Position numbers and translations under genes: made by a program
Origin: Paragordius varius
Taxonomy: Eukaryota; Animalia; Nematomorpha
Assembly: GCA_964247055.1 (NCBI GenBank)
Contig: OZ176052.1
Coordinates: 12,152,001 to 12,216,000, forward strand
Length of the DNA: 64,000 bases
Reading direction: 5' to 3'
Shown here: piece after piece, positions 36,239 to 47,520 of the stretch
Numbering within the stretch: the first letter of the stretch is position 1
Layout of the letters: every line of letters starts with the position of its first letter
Notes under the pieces: generated by a model
Told to the model about the DNA's origin: nothing
The model's input: the letters and a program-made list of their open reading frames with translations, nothing else
Database searches by the model: none

Positions 36239-37915
36239 ATGCTCACAAAAGGGTTCAAATTTTTTCGATTGGAAAATCAGTCATGCAATAATATAGAAAA
36301 CATTAGGAATAAAGTTCATAATAATCTATTGAATTTCCAAGAAGATTCAAAAATACTGCGTAAAACTGGATCACAAATTAATAAGCCTGCCATCTTTGAA
36401 AAAATAGGAACCGATTTTTGTTTATCCCGAATCCATTGTTTAGGCAATGTATATGGCTCAAAATCTTATGTTTTAAATGGGTGTTTTACGTTATTGGATT
36501 TGGCAATAAAGCGATATGTTTTTAATCTATTAATACAAGATAGTAATTATTTTTCATTATTTAGAATTTATTTACCTCCCATCTCCATCATTAATATCTA
36601 AAAGTTTCATTGAAAAAACAGGATTCTTAGTACATGATGTTAGAAATCAAATATTCTCTGTCATCTTAACGTTTCCTCATATCTGCCTGATTGGAACTTC
36701 TGAAATATCAATAGCAGGTAAATACCGATAGTAACATTTAGCTAGACTTTCACACCAAAATTTTGCGCTTGATAAATTACCATATAAGTATAATTTTTTA
36801 TATAGTACAGGTTTTTTTCTAACAGCCGATGTTTCCGAGCTGAAACCACTTCCAACAAAAATGAACATGGAATATATAGGTGCAACTATTTTGATAAGGT
36901 GTAACCAAAATTAAAATTTTATATCTAGATTGAAATGTTTGGACTCACCCGAGACAGTGAAGATGAAAGCGAAGCTATGTTAAACCATTTTACTCATTTG
37001 CAAGAAACAATATTTTCCCGCTTGGGTCTAAATTTTAAGTAAGTGATTTTATTATTGTTAACTTAAAGAGTACTTGAAATGGGTATAGGGGAATTGGGTT
37101 TGTCAGCCCATCACAAATTCGATGTAGAAGCTTGGATGCCTGGTCGAGCTCAATACGGTGAAATCTCGAGTGCTTCCAATTGCACAAATTTCCAATCTCA
37201 GCGATTGGCCATATCTTCTTCATCTGATCAAGCACAACAAGGCGAACCAATCTTTCTTCATACGGTTATTATATCTACCGTTTTCACTTTATTTTGGTCC
37301 TTAAAGTTTTGGTTAGAAATTGATTAAATATATAGATATTGGCAATAAATTATAGCTATAAGCATAATGTTTTTGGAAAAGCTTGAAGTATTTAAGAACA
37401 CTCTTGAAGTGCAATTGGAAATTTTAAATAATTTCAATTTAAACAATTTATATAATTTTAAGGAATATTTTTGAAATATATATATATGACTGGTAACTAG
37501 CTAAATTTTTTTTAAGTTGTAAAAAAATGATACCTTAAAAATTAATTCAAAACGTAACTATACAAATGTTGATGCACAGTATTATTTTTTAATGGATTCC
37601 ATTGAAACGAATACTATCAGGTATAAAATTATGGAATTCGATTATAAATCAATTTTAAAAAAATAAAAATGTTATTACAAAATGCATTTAAATTGATTGG
37701 ATTTTTAGATTAATGGGACAGCTTGTGCGACTCCTAGACTGCTTATAGCTTTCGTGGAAACTCATTACGACGAATCAAATCAATGCATTCATATCCCAGA
37801 TTCTTTAATTCCGCATTTAAAGAAACTTTGCCCAACAAAACGTTTTAGAGAAAATAAACTTTATTTAAATGAAAGCACGACGATATTACAGCATCCGGTC
37901 AAATCAAAAATTTAG
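36239..37915 (+). CDS. SARS2: Mitochondrial seryl-tRNA synthetase (5' end uncertain)
   Basis: [29 protein letters not shown]...[10 protein letters not shown]|[38 protein letters not shown]|[17 protein letters not shown]. Exons 36239-36542, 36565-36717, 36742-36787, 36811-36898, 36929-37038, 37069-37264, 37709-37915 sum to 1104 nt (367 aa plus stop). Confidence 0.9.
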
Positions 37916-37926
37916 CTTTTAATACC

Positions 37927-37963
<37 letters not shown>

Positions 37964-38119
37964 ACATTATCTTAAATAAATAGTTTACCCTGATTTTATA
38001 TGCTTTGCCAAAACTTTAATTTTTATTCGCTTTCCGCAAAAGAGATTTTGCTTATCATTGGAAGACATTTTTAATTTTGTTTGAATTAATGAGAATTAAA
38101 GATATAGTATATTAATGTG

Positions 38120-38305
38120 GAACATTGGTTTTATGGAGAGGTTGTCCTTCCTTACCTCCAACTGCCAGGCAAATAAATTTGCCAGACAGAAATGTTAAAA
38201 AAAATTAAAAGTATTAAGCCGGGAATGGCAGCTGATTACGTGAAATCACAGGATCTAACCTTAATGGACATAAAACTTGAAGATGCGGCTTGTAGAACCT
38301 CTTGG
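38120..38305 (+). pseudogene. Possible highly decayed LINE (RTE-like) 3' tail
   Basis: ...DYVKSQDLTLMDIKLEDAACRTSWK resembles the RW.D.V..DL..M.I...A.DR..WK tail. Weak match. Confidence 0.3.
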
Positions 38306-39111
38306 AAATTTAAAATATAATCCTACCTCAACTCAGCCTTCTTTAATTTTGAAGAACACCGAGTAATATAAATTATCAAAATAATTCGAAATAGATTAAA
38401 TGCATAATCCAAACATAGTATGATCATTTTAAATAAATTTTAAATTTTTTTAATTTGAATAAACCAATTAAACATTTTCGAATCTTTATTGATTAATAAA
38501 AAATATCTATCAAAGTTTAAGTATCCGTTTCGTTTATCTGAAATTCGACTCAATATTTCAGACTAGGTTATCAGCTTAACAAATTTGAGGTTGTAATTCC
38601 CATAGTCATCATTAATAGATAACTTGTAATTATATATATTTTATTGGATTTTCTGTATGAGCTCCTAATGACATAATTTGCACTTCTTTTCTTAAAATCG
38701 ACAAAAAGCCGAGATGACTAAAACAGGTCAATTTAATACTGCATAAGCAAAAAATGATATTTTCAATCACAACTAAGTAACGTTTGAAATGGAATATTTT
38801 AAGGGATTCACATGTATCAGCAGTGTGTTATGGCATACTGTAATTTAATAAGGCTTAACATATCCAAACCCTATTGTTTTGAATGAAAGCCAAGTAGTAA
38901 ATGTTCGCACAAATTTAGAAAAAAACTTTAACTTTTTGGATATTTTCTTAGCAAATATTTGGCAGGTCCCTAAGAAAAAGGGCTTCCTTTAAAACCCCAA
39001 ACAAATAATCGCTCGTAATGTAATAATGCCGCTTGTAACAATATATTAAATATTTCATGGGAAAAATTAGGCTTAATTATTTAAAATGTAATGCATTTAA
39101 ATAATTAAGCA

Positions 39112-39977
39112 ATGTACGAATCACACCCAACCAAAATTAAAACACACCAGGGAATATCAGGTCCTATTAAAATAAACGAAGGGGTCTGCAATCAGCCCGT
39201 TACTATTTATAATATGCATGGACGAAATTTCAAAAGAAGTAGGGCAACATGATGGATGGTATTTTCTTTATGCAGACGACCTAATAGTGCTGTCCGACGA
39301 GTTGCATGAATTAAAAGAATTGGTGAGTAAATGGATTGATGTGTTACGACGATGCGGATTAAAAGTTAATAAAAAGAAAACGGAATTGATAAATTTTGGC
39401 GGACAAAAACGAGAAATAGAATTAGAAGGGTATTAAAAGGTCAGGAGGAATGCAAATATCTATGAGCGATATTAGCAGCAGATGGTTCTTTAACACTTGA
39501 TATTAATTTAAGAATTCGAAATAGTTGGGCAAATTATAAAAAGATCTCAAGTGTTTTGTGTGACAAAAATGACCTAAAAAGGGTAAGATTTACAGTGCTG
39601 TTGTACAACCAACAATGATGTACAACTCACAGACATGAGCAATAAAGAAATCTGAAGAGAGGCACTTTGAGGTTACTTAAATGAGAATGATTAGATTGAT
39701 GTGCGGTGTAACGAGGAAGAACAAGGTGAAGAATGTCTACATAAGAGGATGTACGGAAATCAAACCGGTGACGCAAAAGATGATGGTAAATCGTTTAAGA
39801 TGGTTCGGACATGTTGAAAGAAGAGATAAAAATTACATTGGTAAAAAGATTGATGATTATATTGTGAAAGGCAAGAGGGGAAAAGGGCGCCCTAAAACGC
39901 GATGGATAGATACGGTTAAGAGGGACATGGCAAAACTGAACCTAAAACGCGAAGACGCCTTAGACAGGGTTCTATAG
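39112..39977 (+). pseudogene. 5'-truncated, frameshifted non-LTR retrotransposon (RTE-like) reverse transcriptase
   Basis: SPLLFIICMD, FLYADDL, GLKVNKKKTE, RMIRLMCGVTR, RLRWFGHVERR, RGKGRPKTRWIDTVKRDM. Several stops and frameshifts. Confidence 0.88.
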
Positions 39978-42029
39978 CGAAATAGTTTACGGATATGACC
40001 GCTCGAAAGAGTGATATCATATAATGTAATTATTATTACTTAAAATGTAATGCGCTTTTGAAAATTATTTTTATATTAAGAGTTAGTAAAGTTTGAGGTA
40101 TCGATATTCCACTTTTTTAATTATCGGTGTTGGAAATTTTGGCAGCCCATGCAAAGAAAATTATTAAATGCAATAAATAAGATATTGTAACATTAAATTT
40201 TTCCTACTGACATACATAGTATGCGCAACTTATGTATTTTATGAAAATTAGATTGAAGGGAATTTTAATAAAGTTATCATTTTTTTATAGTGTTTTGGCT
40301 TATGAGGTAACAAATTTAAGCAGGCCCGCTCCCCTTATCACACAGTTTTAAAAATTGGTAAATATATATTGCAATGATTTTGGAATATAAAAAAATGGCT
40401 CATAATTTCTTATTTATATATTTTAATATACGAGAATTTTAATTACATTAATATATATTCTAAAAACAACAATCAAATATACATTAATTTTAATATTTCT
40501 TCATCATGCTTTCATCATAAAGTTGTTTTTAATACTATATTTATTGTATCGGCCAAAGGTTGCCTGAAAGACATAGAAGGAAATTCCATACAAGTAAATG
40601 AATAACTCTATCACCTTTTAAAGTTTTGTAATCTACCGGATATTTAAATTAAAATATAGCGTACTAAAATTATGAAATTTAAAAATATGCATTCCTTAAC
40701 CTTTCACGCACATAAAAATCTAAAATGTTAAAAATGGAAAATTCTAGTAATCCTCATCTAAAACTTTTTCGCCACAATTTTTTCTTGGTAAGGGAAAATG
40801 TATAATATGTTTAATAACCGTTAAATATTAGCTTAAAAAAGCTTTTAATTAAATATGTGCATTTAAATAGCTATGAAATATTTACCATTATAAGGTTCAT
40901 CCCTCAAAAAAAATATATTTTATTTGGCCCGTCAAATTTTTTTGGTGAGTACCACTGCTCTAGAAATTAGAAAACTGTAAAACATATTTATTTTTCTATC
41001 ATAGAAAAGGATGTTAAATTTCCAAAACAACTATCAAAAGAGCAGTTTCTTAGAAGTTTCAGGTCTGGATTACAAAAATATCCTAAAATGTAAACATATA
41101 CAAAAAAATTAAATGATAAAATGTTATGAATAAAATTTGGCTAAATAATTGATAAATTTTATTTTGTTACTCATTAATACCCGTTGAAATTGGTAAATGA
41201 TAAATTTTTAAACTGTGTTGTTGGTAATAATGGATATTAAAAGCCTAAATTATTTTAAAAAAATAAAAATTTTGATTTGAGTTTTTCGAATGATACTTGG
41301 CGCTTTTTTAATAACATTTTATATAGCAACATATATGAGAAACCACGAAAATAAAATTCAAATTTATAATCGTATTTTTTATCACAGACACTGCGTTATA
41401 ATTTGATGTTTTTAAATTTTAGTTTCATTTTTGCATCCTAATTATATTTGAGTCACCATTTTAATTATCTATATACTGTTGAAAAGTAATATTTGATTGC
41501 TGCTTCCAAAAATCGCATTAAGATTTTGTTAGCATATATTTATAATTTATAAATTTCAAATTTTTCGCGTCTTGAAATTAATAAATTCTGATAAGAAAAT
41601 GTATCAGGATTATAATGATGCTTTTGGTTTTGCCCTTAGTATAAGAAAGTTATTACCATTTTGTATGCTCCATATAAAATGGCTTGAGCACATTTTGTTT
41701 ACAAATTTTTTGGGTGAAAGCTGAATGCTTCAATCCAAAAATATCATTAAAATATATCATAAAGTACATATAAAAAAATATTTTTGAAAAATGATTTTAA
41801 GAAAGGGGCTTCGAAAGTCTAAATTTTTTTGACCTTTTAAATGAGCTATTCTCTTAAAATAAACGCCAAAATGCGTAAGCGATAAAAATTTTAAATATAT
41901 GCTACATTTTGTTGAAACGTACTTACTACTATTTTGAGGCATCATGGAAAGGGATTTGAAAGCTTTAGTATAAAATAAAAACCGTTTTATATATGATTTG
42001 ATGATAAACATTTCTACCGCTTTAGAATT

Positions 42030-45000
42030 TTAATTTAAAGGTTCGGCTAAATTGATGAATTTGTGTAAAAAGACACTATTTATTTTTAGCAGAAATTTGC
42101 AACGAACGAATATTATTATCAAAATTCTGATATTGTTTTCTTCATGTCTCGGATAATTGTTGGAAAGCAACGGATAATTGTTGGAAAGTAATGGTTGATT
42201 GTTGGAAAGCAACTGATGATTGTTGGAAAGTAATGGTTGATTGTTGGTAAGTAATGGTTGATTGTTGGAAAGCAACGGATGATTGTTGGAAAGTATTGGT
42301 TGATTGTTAAAATGCAACGGATGATTGTTGGAAAGTATTGGTTGATTGTTGGAAAGCAACGGATGATTGTTGGAAAGCAACGGATGATTGTTGGAAAGTA
42401 TTGGTTGATTGTTAAAATGCAACGGATGATTGTTGGAAAGTATTGGTTGATTGTTAAAATGCAACGGATGATTGTTGGAAAGTATTGGTTGATTGTTAAA
42501 ATGCAACGGATGATTGTTGGAAAGTATTGGTTGATTGTTAAAATGCAACGGATTGTGGGAAAGTAATGGTTGATTGTTGGAAAGCAACTGATGATTGTTG
42601 GAAAGTAATGGTTGATTGTTGGTAAGTAATGGTTGATTGTTGGAAAGCAACGGATGATTGTTGGAAAGTATTGGTTGATTGTTAAAATGCAACGGATGAT
42701 TGTTGGAAAGTATTGGTTGATTGTTAAAATGCAACGGATGATTGTTGGAAAGTATTGGTTGATTGTTAAAATGCAACGGATGATTGTTGGAAAGTATTGG
42801 TTGATTGTTAAAATGCAACGGATGATTGTTGGAAAGTAATGGTTGATTGTTGGAAAGCAACGGATTGTTGGAAAGTAATAATTGATTGTTGGAAAGCAAC
42901 GGATGATTGTTGGAAAGTAATGGTTGATTGTTGGAACGCGACGGATGATTGTTGGAAAGCAACGGATTGTTGGAAAGTAATAATTGATTGTTAAAATGCA
43001 ACGGATGATTGTTGGAAAGTATTGGTTGATTGTCAAAATGCAACGGATGATTGTTGGAAAGTATTGGTTGATTGTTGGAAAGCAACGGATGATTGTTGGA
43101 AAGCAACGGATGATTGTTGGAAAGTATTGGTTGATTGTTAAAATGCAACGGATGATTGTTGGAACGCGACGGATGATTGTTGGAAAGCAACGGATTGTTG
43201 GAAAGTAATAATTGATTGTTGGAAAGCAACGGATGATTGTTGGAAAGTAATGGTTGATTGTTGGAAAGTAATGGTTGATTGTTGGAACGCGACGGATGAT
43301 TGTTGGAAAGTAATGGTTGATTGTTGGAAAGCAACGGATGATTGTTGGAAAGTAATGGTTGATTGTTGGAACGCGACGGATGATTGTTGGAAAGTAATGG
43401 TTGATTGTTGGAAAGCAACGGATGATTGTTGGAAAGCAACGGATGATTGTTGGAAAGTAATGGTTGATTGTTGGAACGCGACGGATGATTGTTGGAAAGT
43501 AATGGTTGATTGTTGGAAAGCAACGGATGATTGTTGGAAAGTAATGGTTGATTGTTGGAAAGTAATGGTTGATTGTTGGAACGCGACGGATGATTGTTGG
43601 AAAGTAATGGTTGATTGTTGGAATGCAACGGATGATTGTTGGAAAGTATTGGTTGATTGTTAAAATGCAACGGATGATTGTTGGAAAGTAATGGTTGATT
43701 GTTGGAAAGCAACGGATGATTGTTGGAAAGCAACGGATGATTGTTGGAAAGTATTGGTTGATTGTTAAAATGCAACGGATGATTGTTGGAACGCGACGGA
43801 TGATTGTTGGAAAGCAACGGATTGTTGGAAAGTAATAATTGATTGTTGGAAAGCAACGGATGATTGTTGGAAAGTAATGGTTGATTGTTGGAAAGTAATG
43901 GTTGATTGTTGGAACGCGACGGATGATTGTTGGAAAGTAATGGTTGATTGTTGGAAAGCAACGGATGATTGTTGGAAAGTATTGGTTGATTGTTAAAATG
44001 CAACGGATGATTGTTGGAAAGTAATGGTTGATTGTTGGAAAGCAACGGATTGTTGGAAAGTAATAATTGATTGTTGGAAAGCAACGGATGATTGTTGGAA
44101 AGTAATAATTGATTGTTGGAAAGCAACGGATGATTGTTGGAAAGTAATGGTTGATTGTTGGAAAGTAATGGTTGATTGTTGGAAAGTAATAATTGATTGT
44201 TGGAAAGCAACGGATGATTGTTGGAAAGTAATGGTTGATTGTTGGAAAGTAATGGTTGATTGTTGGAACGCGACGGATGATTGTTGGAAAGTAATGGTTG
44301 ATTGTTGGAAAGTAATAATTGATTGTTGGAAAGCAACGGATGATTGTTGGAAAGTAATAATTGATTGTTGGAAAGCAACGGATGATTGTTGGAAAGTAAT
44401 GGTTGATTGTTAAAATGCAACGGATGATTGGTGGAAAGTAATGGTTGATTGTTGGAAAGCAACGGATTGTTGGAAAGTAATGGTTGATTGTTGGAAACTA
44501 ATGGTTGATTGTTAAAATGCAACGGATGATTGTTGGAAAGTAATGGTTGATTGTTGGAAAGTAATGGTTGATTGTTGGAAAGTAATGGTTGATTGTTGGA
44601 ACGCGACGGATGATTGTTGGAAAGTAATGGTTGATTGTTGGAAAGCAACGGATGATTGTTGGAAAGTATTGGTTGATTGTTAAAATGCAACGGATGATTG
44701 TTGGAAAGTAATGGTTGATTGTTAAAATGCAACGGATGATTGTTGGGAAGTAATGGTTGATTGTTGGAAAGCAACGGATGATTGTTGGAAAGTAATGGTT
44801 GATTGTTGGAAAGTAATGGTTGATTGTTGGAACGCGACGGATGATTGTTGGAAAGTAATGGTTGATTGTTGGAAAGCAACGGATGATTGTTGGAAAGTAT
44901 TGGTTGATTGTTAAAATGCAACGGATGATTGTTGGAAAGTAATGGTTGATTGTTGGAAAGCAACGGATGATTGTTGGAAAGCAACGGATGATTGTTGGAA

Positions 45001-45191
45001 AGTATTGGTTGATTGTTAAAATGCAACGGATGATTGTTGGAAAGTAATGGTTGATTGTTGGAAAGCAACGGATTGTTGGAAAGTAATAATTGATTGTTGG
45101 AAAGCAACGGATGATTGTTGGAAAGTAATAATTGATTGTTGGAAAGCAACGGATGATTGTTGGAAAGTAATAATTGATTGTTGGAAAGCAA
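42030..45191 (-). CDS. Hypothetical Asn/Leu/Ser/Pro/Gln/His heptad-repeat protein (LLSNNQP/LLSNNHP); coding status unproven
   Basis: 1053-codon open frame. The two commonest units differ only at third codon positions in this frame (CAA/CAT, CCA/CCG, TTA/TTG). Against: in-frame stops at 45429, about 46840, 47106 and about 47345, and no clear start or splice context. Confidence 0.3.
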   Translation of the reverse strand: MLSNNQLLLSNNHPLLSNNQLLLSNNHPLLSNNQLLLSNNPLLSNNQPLLSNNHPLHFNNQPILSNNHPLLSNNHPLLSNNQPLLSNNHPLHFNNQPILSNNHPLLSNNQPLLSNNHPSRSNNQPLLSNNQPLLSNNHPLLSNNQPLLPNNHPLHFNNQPLLSNNHPLHFNNQPILSNNHPLLSNNQPLLSNNHPSRSNNQPLLSNNQPLLSNNQPLLSNNHPLHFNNQPLVSNNQPLLSNNPLLSNNQPLLSTNHPLHFNNQPLLSNNHPLLSNNQLLLSNNHPLLSNNQLLLSNNQPLLSNNHPSRSNNQPLLSNNQPLLSNNHPLLSNNQLLLSNNQPLLSNNQPLLSNNHPLLSNNQLLLSNNHPLLSNNQLLLSNNPLLSNNQPLLSNNHPLHFNNQPILSNNHPLLSNNQPLLSNNHPSRSNNQPLLSNNQPLLSNNHPLLSNNQLLLSNNPLLSNNHPSRSNNHPLHFNNQPILSNNHPLLSNNHPLLSNNQPLLSNNHPLHFNNQPILSNNHPLHSNNQPLLSNNHPSRSNNQPLLSNNQPLLSNNHPLLSNNQPLLSNNHPSRSNNQPLLSNNHPLLSNNHPLLSNNQPLLSNNHPSRSNNQPLLSNNHPLLSNNQPLLSNNHPSRSNNQPLLSNNQPLLSNNHPLLSNNQLLLSNNPLLSNNHPSRSNNHPLHFNNQPILSNNHPLLSNNHPLLSNNQPILSNNHPLHFDNQPILSNNHPLHFNNQLLLSNNPLLSNNHPSRSNNQPLLSNNHPLLSNNQLLLSNNPLLSNNQPLLSNNHPLHFNNQPILSNNHPLHFNNQPILSNNHPLHFNNQPILSNNHPLHFNNQPILSNNHPLLSNNQPLLTNNQPLLSNNHQLLSNNQPLLSHNPLHFNNQPILSNNHPLHFNNQPILSNNHPLHFNNQPILSNNHPLHFNNQPILSNNHPLLSNNHPLLSNNQPILSNNHPLHFNNQPILSNNHPLLSNNQPLLTNNQPLLSNNHQLLSNNQPLLSNNYPLLSNNYPRHEENNIRILIIIFVRCKFLLKINSVFLHKFINLAEPLN

Positions 45192-47520
45192 CGGATGATT
45201 GTTGGAAAGTAATGGTTGATTGTTGGAAAGTAATGGTTGATTGTTGGAAAGTAATGGTTGATTGTTGGAAAGTAATGGTTGATTGTTGGAACGCGACGGA
45301 TGATTGTTGGAAAGTAATGGTTGATTGTTGGAAAGTAATAATTGATTGTTGGAACGCGACGGATGATTGTTGGAAAGTAATGGTTGATTGTTGGAAAGTA
45401 ATGAGATCGTGGGAAAAGTGGGTGATTGTTAGAAAGTAATGGTTGACAGTTGAAAAGTAACGGGATTGTTGAAACGCAACGGATGATAGTTGGAAAGTAA
45501 CGGTTGATTGTTGGAAAGCAACGGATGATTGTTGGAAAGTAATGGTTGATTGTTGGAACGCGACGGATGATTGTTGGAAAGTAATGGTTGATTGTTGGAA
45601 AGCAACGGATGATTGTTGGAAAGTATTGGTTGATTGTTAAAATGCAACGGATGATTGTTGGAAAGTAATGGTTGATTGTTGGAAAGCAACGGATGATTGT
45701 TGGAAAGCAACGGATGATTGTTGGAAAGTATTGGTTGATTGTTAAAATGCAACGGATGATTGTTGGAAAGTAATGGTTGATTGTTGGAAAGCAACGGATT
45801 GTTGGAAAGTAATAATTGATTGTTGGAAAGCAACGGATGATTGTTGGAAAGTAATAATTGATTGTTGGAAAGCAACGGATGATTGTTGGAAAGTAATAAT
45901 TGATTGTTGGAAAGCAACGGATGATTGTTGGAAAGTAATGGTTGATTGTTAAAATGCAACGGATGATTGGTGGAAAGTAATGGTTGATTGTTGGAAAGCA
46001 ACGGATTGTTGGAAAGTAATGGTTGATTGTTGGAAACTAATGGTTGATTGTTAAAATGCAACGGATGATTGTTGGAAAGTAATGGTTGATTGTTGGAAAG
46101 TAATGGTTGATTGTTGGAAAGCAACGGATGATTGTTGGAAAGTAATGGTTGATTGTTGGAAAGTAATGGTTGATTGTTGGAACGCGACGGATGATTGTTG
46201 GAAAGTAATGGTTGATTGTTGGAAAGCAACGGATGATTGTTGGAAAGTATTGGTTGATTGTTAAAATGCAACGGATGATTGTTGGAAAGTAATGGTTGAT
46301 TGTTGGAACGCGACGGATGATTGTTGGAAAGTAATGGTTGATTGTTGGAAAGCAACGGATGATTGTTGGAAAGTATTGGTTGATTGTTAAAATGCAACGG
46401 ATGATTGTTGGAAAGTAATAATTGATTGTTGGAAAGCAACGGATGATTGTTGGAAAGTAATGGTTGATTGGTGAAAAGCAACGGATTGTTGGAAAGTAAT
46501 GGTTGATTGTTGGAACGCGACGGATGATTGTTGGAAAGCAACGGATGATTGTTGGAAAGTATTGGTTGATTGTTGGAAAGCAACGGATTGTGGGAAAGTA
46601 ATGGTTGATTGTTGGAAAGCAACTGATGATTGTTGGAAAGTGATGTTTGATTGTTGGAAAGCAACTGATGATTGTTGGAAAGTAATGTTTGATTGTTGGA
46701 AAGCAACTGATGATTGTTGGAAAGTAATGGTTGATTGTTAAAATGCAACGGATGATTGTTGGAAAGTAATGGTTGATTGTTGGAAAGTAATGGTTGATTG
46801 TTGGAAAGTAATGAGATCGTGGGAAAAGTGGGTGATTGTTAGAAAGTAATGGTTGACAGTTGAAAAGTAACGGGATTGTTGAAACGCAACGGATGATAGT
46901 TGGAAAGTAACGGTTGATTGTTGGAAAGCAACGGATGATTGTTGGAAAGCAACGGATGATTGTTGGAAAGCAACGGATGATTGTTGGAAAGTATTGGTTG
47001 ATTGTTAAAATGCAACGGATGATTGTTGGAAAGTAATGGTTGATTGTTGGAAAGTAATGGTTGATTGTTGGAAAGTAATGAGATCGTGGGAAAAGTGGGT
47101 GATTGTTAGAAAGTAATGGTTGACAGTTGAAAAGTAACGGGATTGTTGAAACGCAACGGATGATAGTTGGAAAGTAACGGTTGATTGTTGGAAAGCAACG
47201 AATGATTGTTAGAAAGTAATGGTTGATTAATAAAAAGAAATGGTTGATTGTTGGAACGCAACGCATGATTGTTGGAAAGTAACGGTGGATTGTTGAAAAG
47301 TAACGGATGATTGTTGGAAAGCAACGAATAATTGATGGAAAGTTACGATTGATTCTTAGAAAGTAATGGTTGATTATTGGAAAGTACTGGTTGATTATTT
47401 TAAAGTGATGGTTGATTAATGAAAAGAAATGGTAGATTGTTGGAACGCACCGGGTGATTGTTCGAACGCAACGGTTGATTGTTGGAAAGCAATGGTTGAT
47501 TGTTCGAAGGTGATGCTTGG
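42150..47520. repeat. 5.4-kb tandem array of 21-nt (some 18-nt) units with higher-order duplications
   Basis: Main + strand units: TTGTTGGAAAGTAATGGTTGA, TTGTTGGAAAGCAACGGATGA, TTGTTAAAATGCAACGGATGA, TTGTTGGAACGCGACGGATGA, TTGTTGGAAAGTATTGGTTGA. Roughly 255-260 units by length; degenerate toward 47200-47520. Confidence 0.97.

Noticed and set aside
42258-46741. Plus-strand ORFs (MIVGKQR)n and (DCWKVMV/DCWKATD)n
   Set aside because: Both are frequently interrupted by TAA from common unit variants; they are by-products of the repeat.
42150-47520. Array as CRISPR or telomeric repeat
   Set aside because: No unique spacers and no cas genes, in a eukaryotic context; the unit is not a telomerase-type short G-rich repeat and is interstitial.
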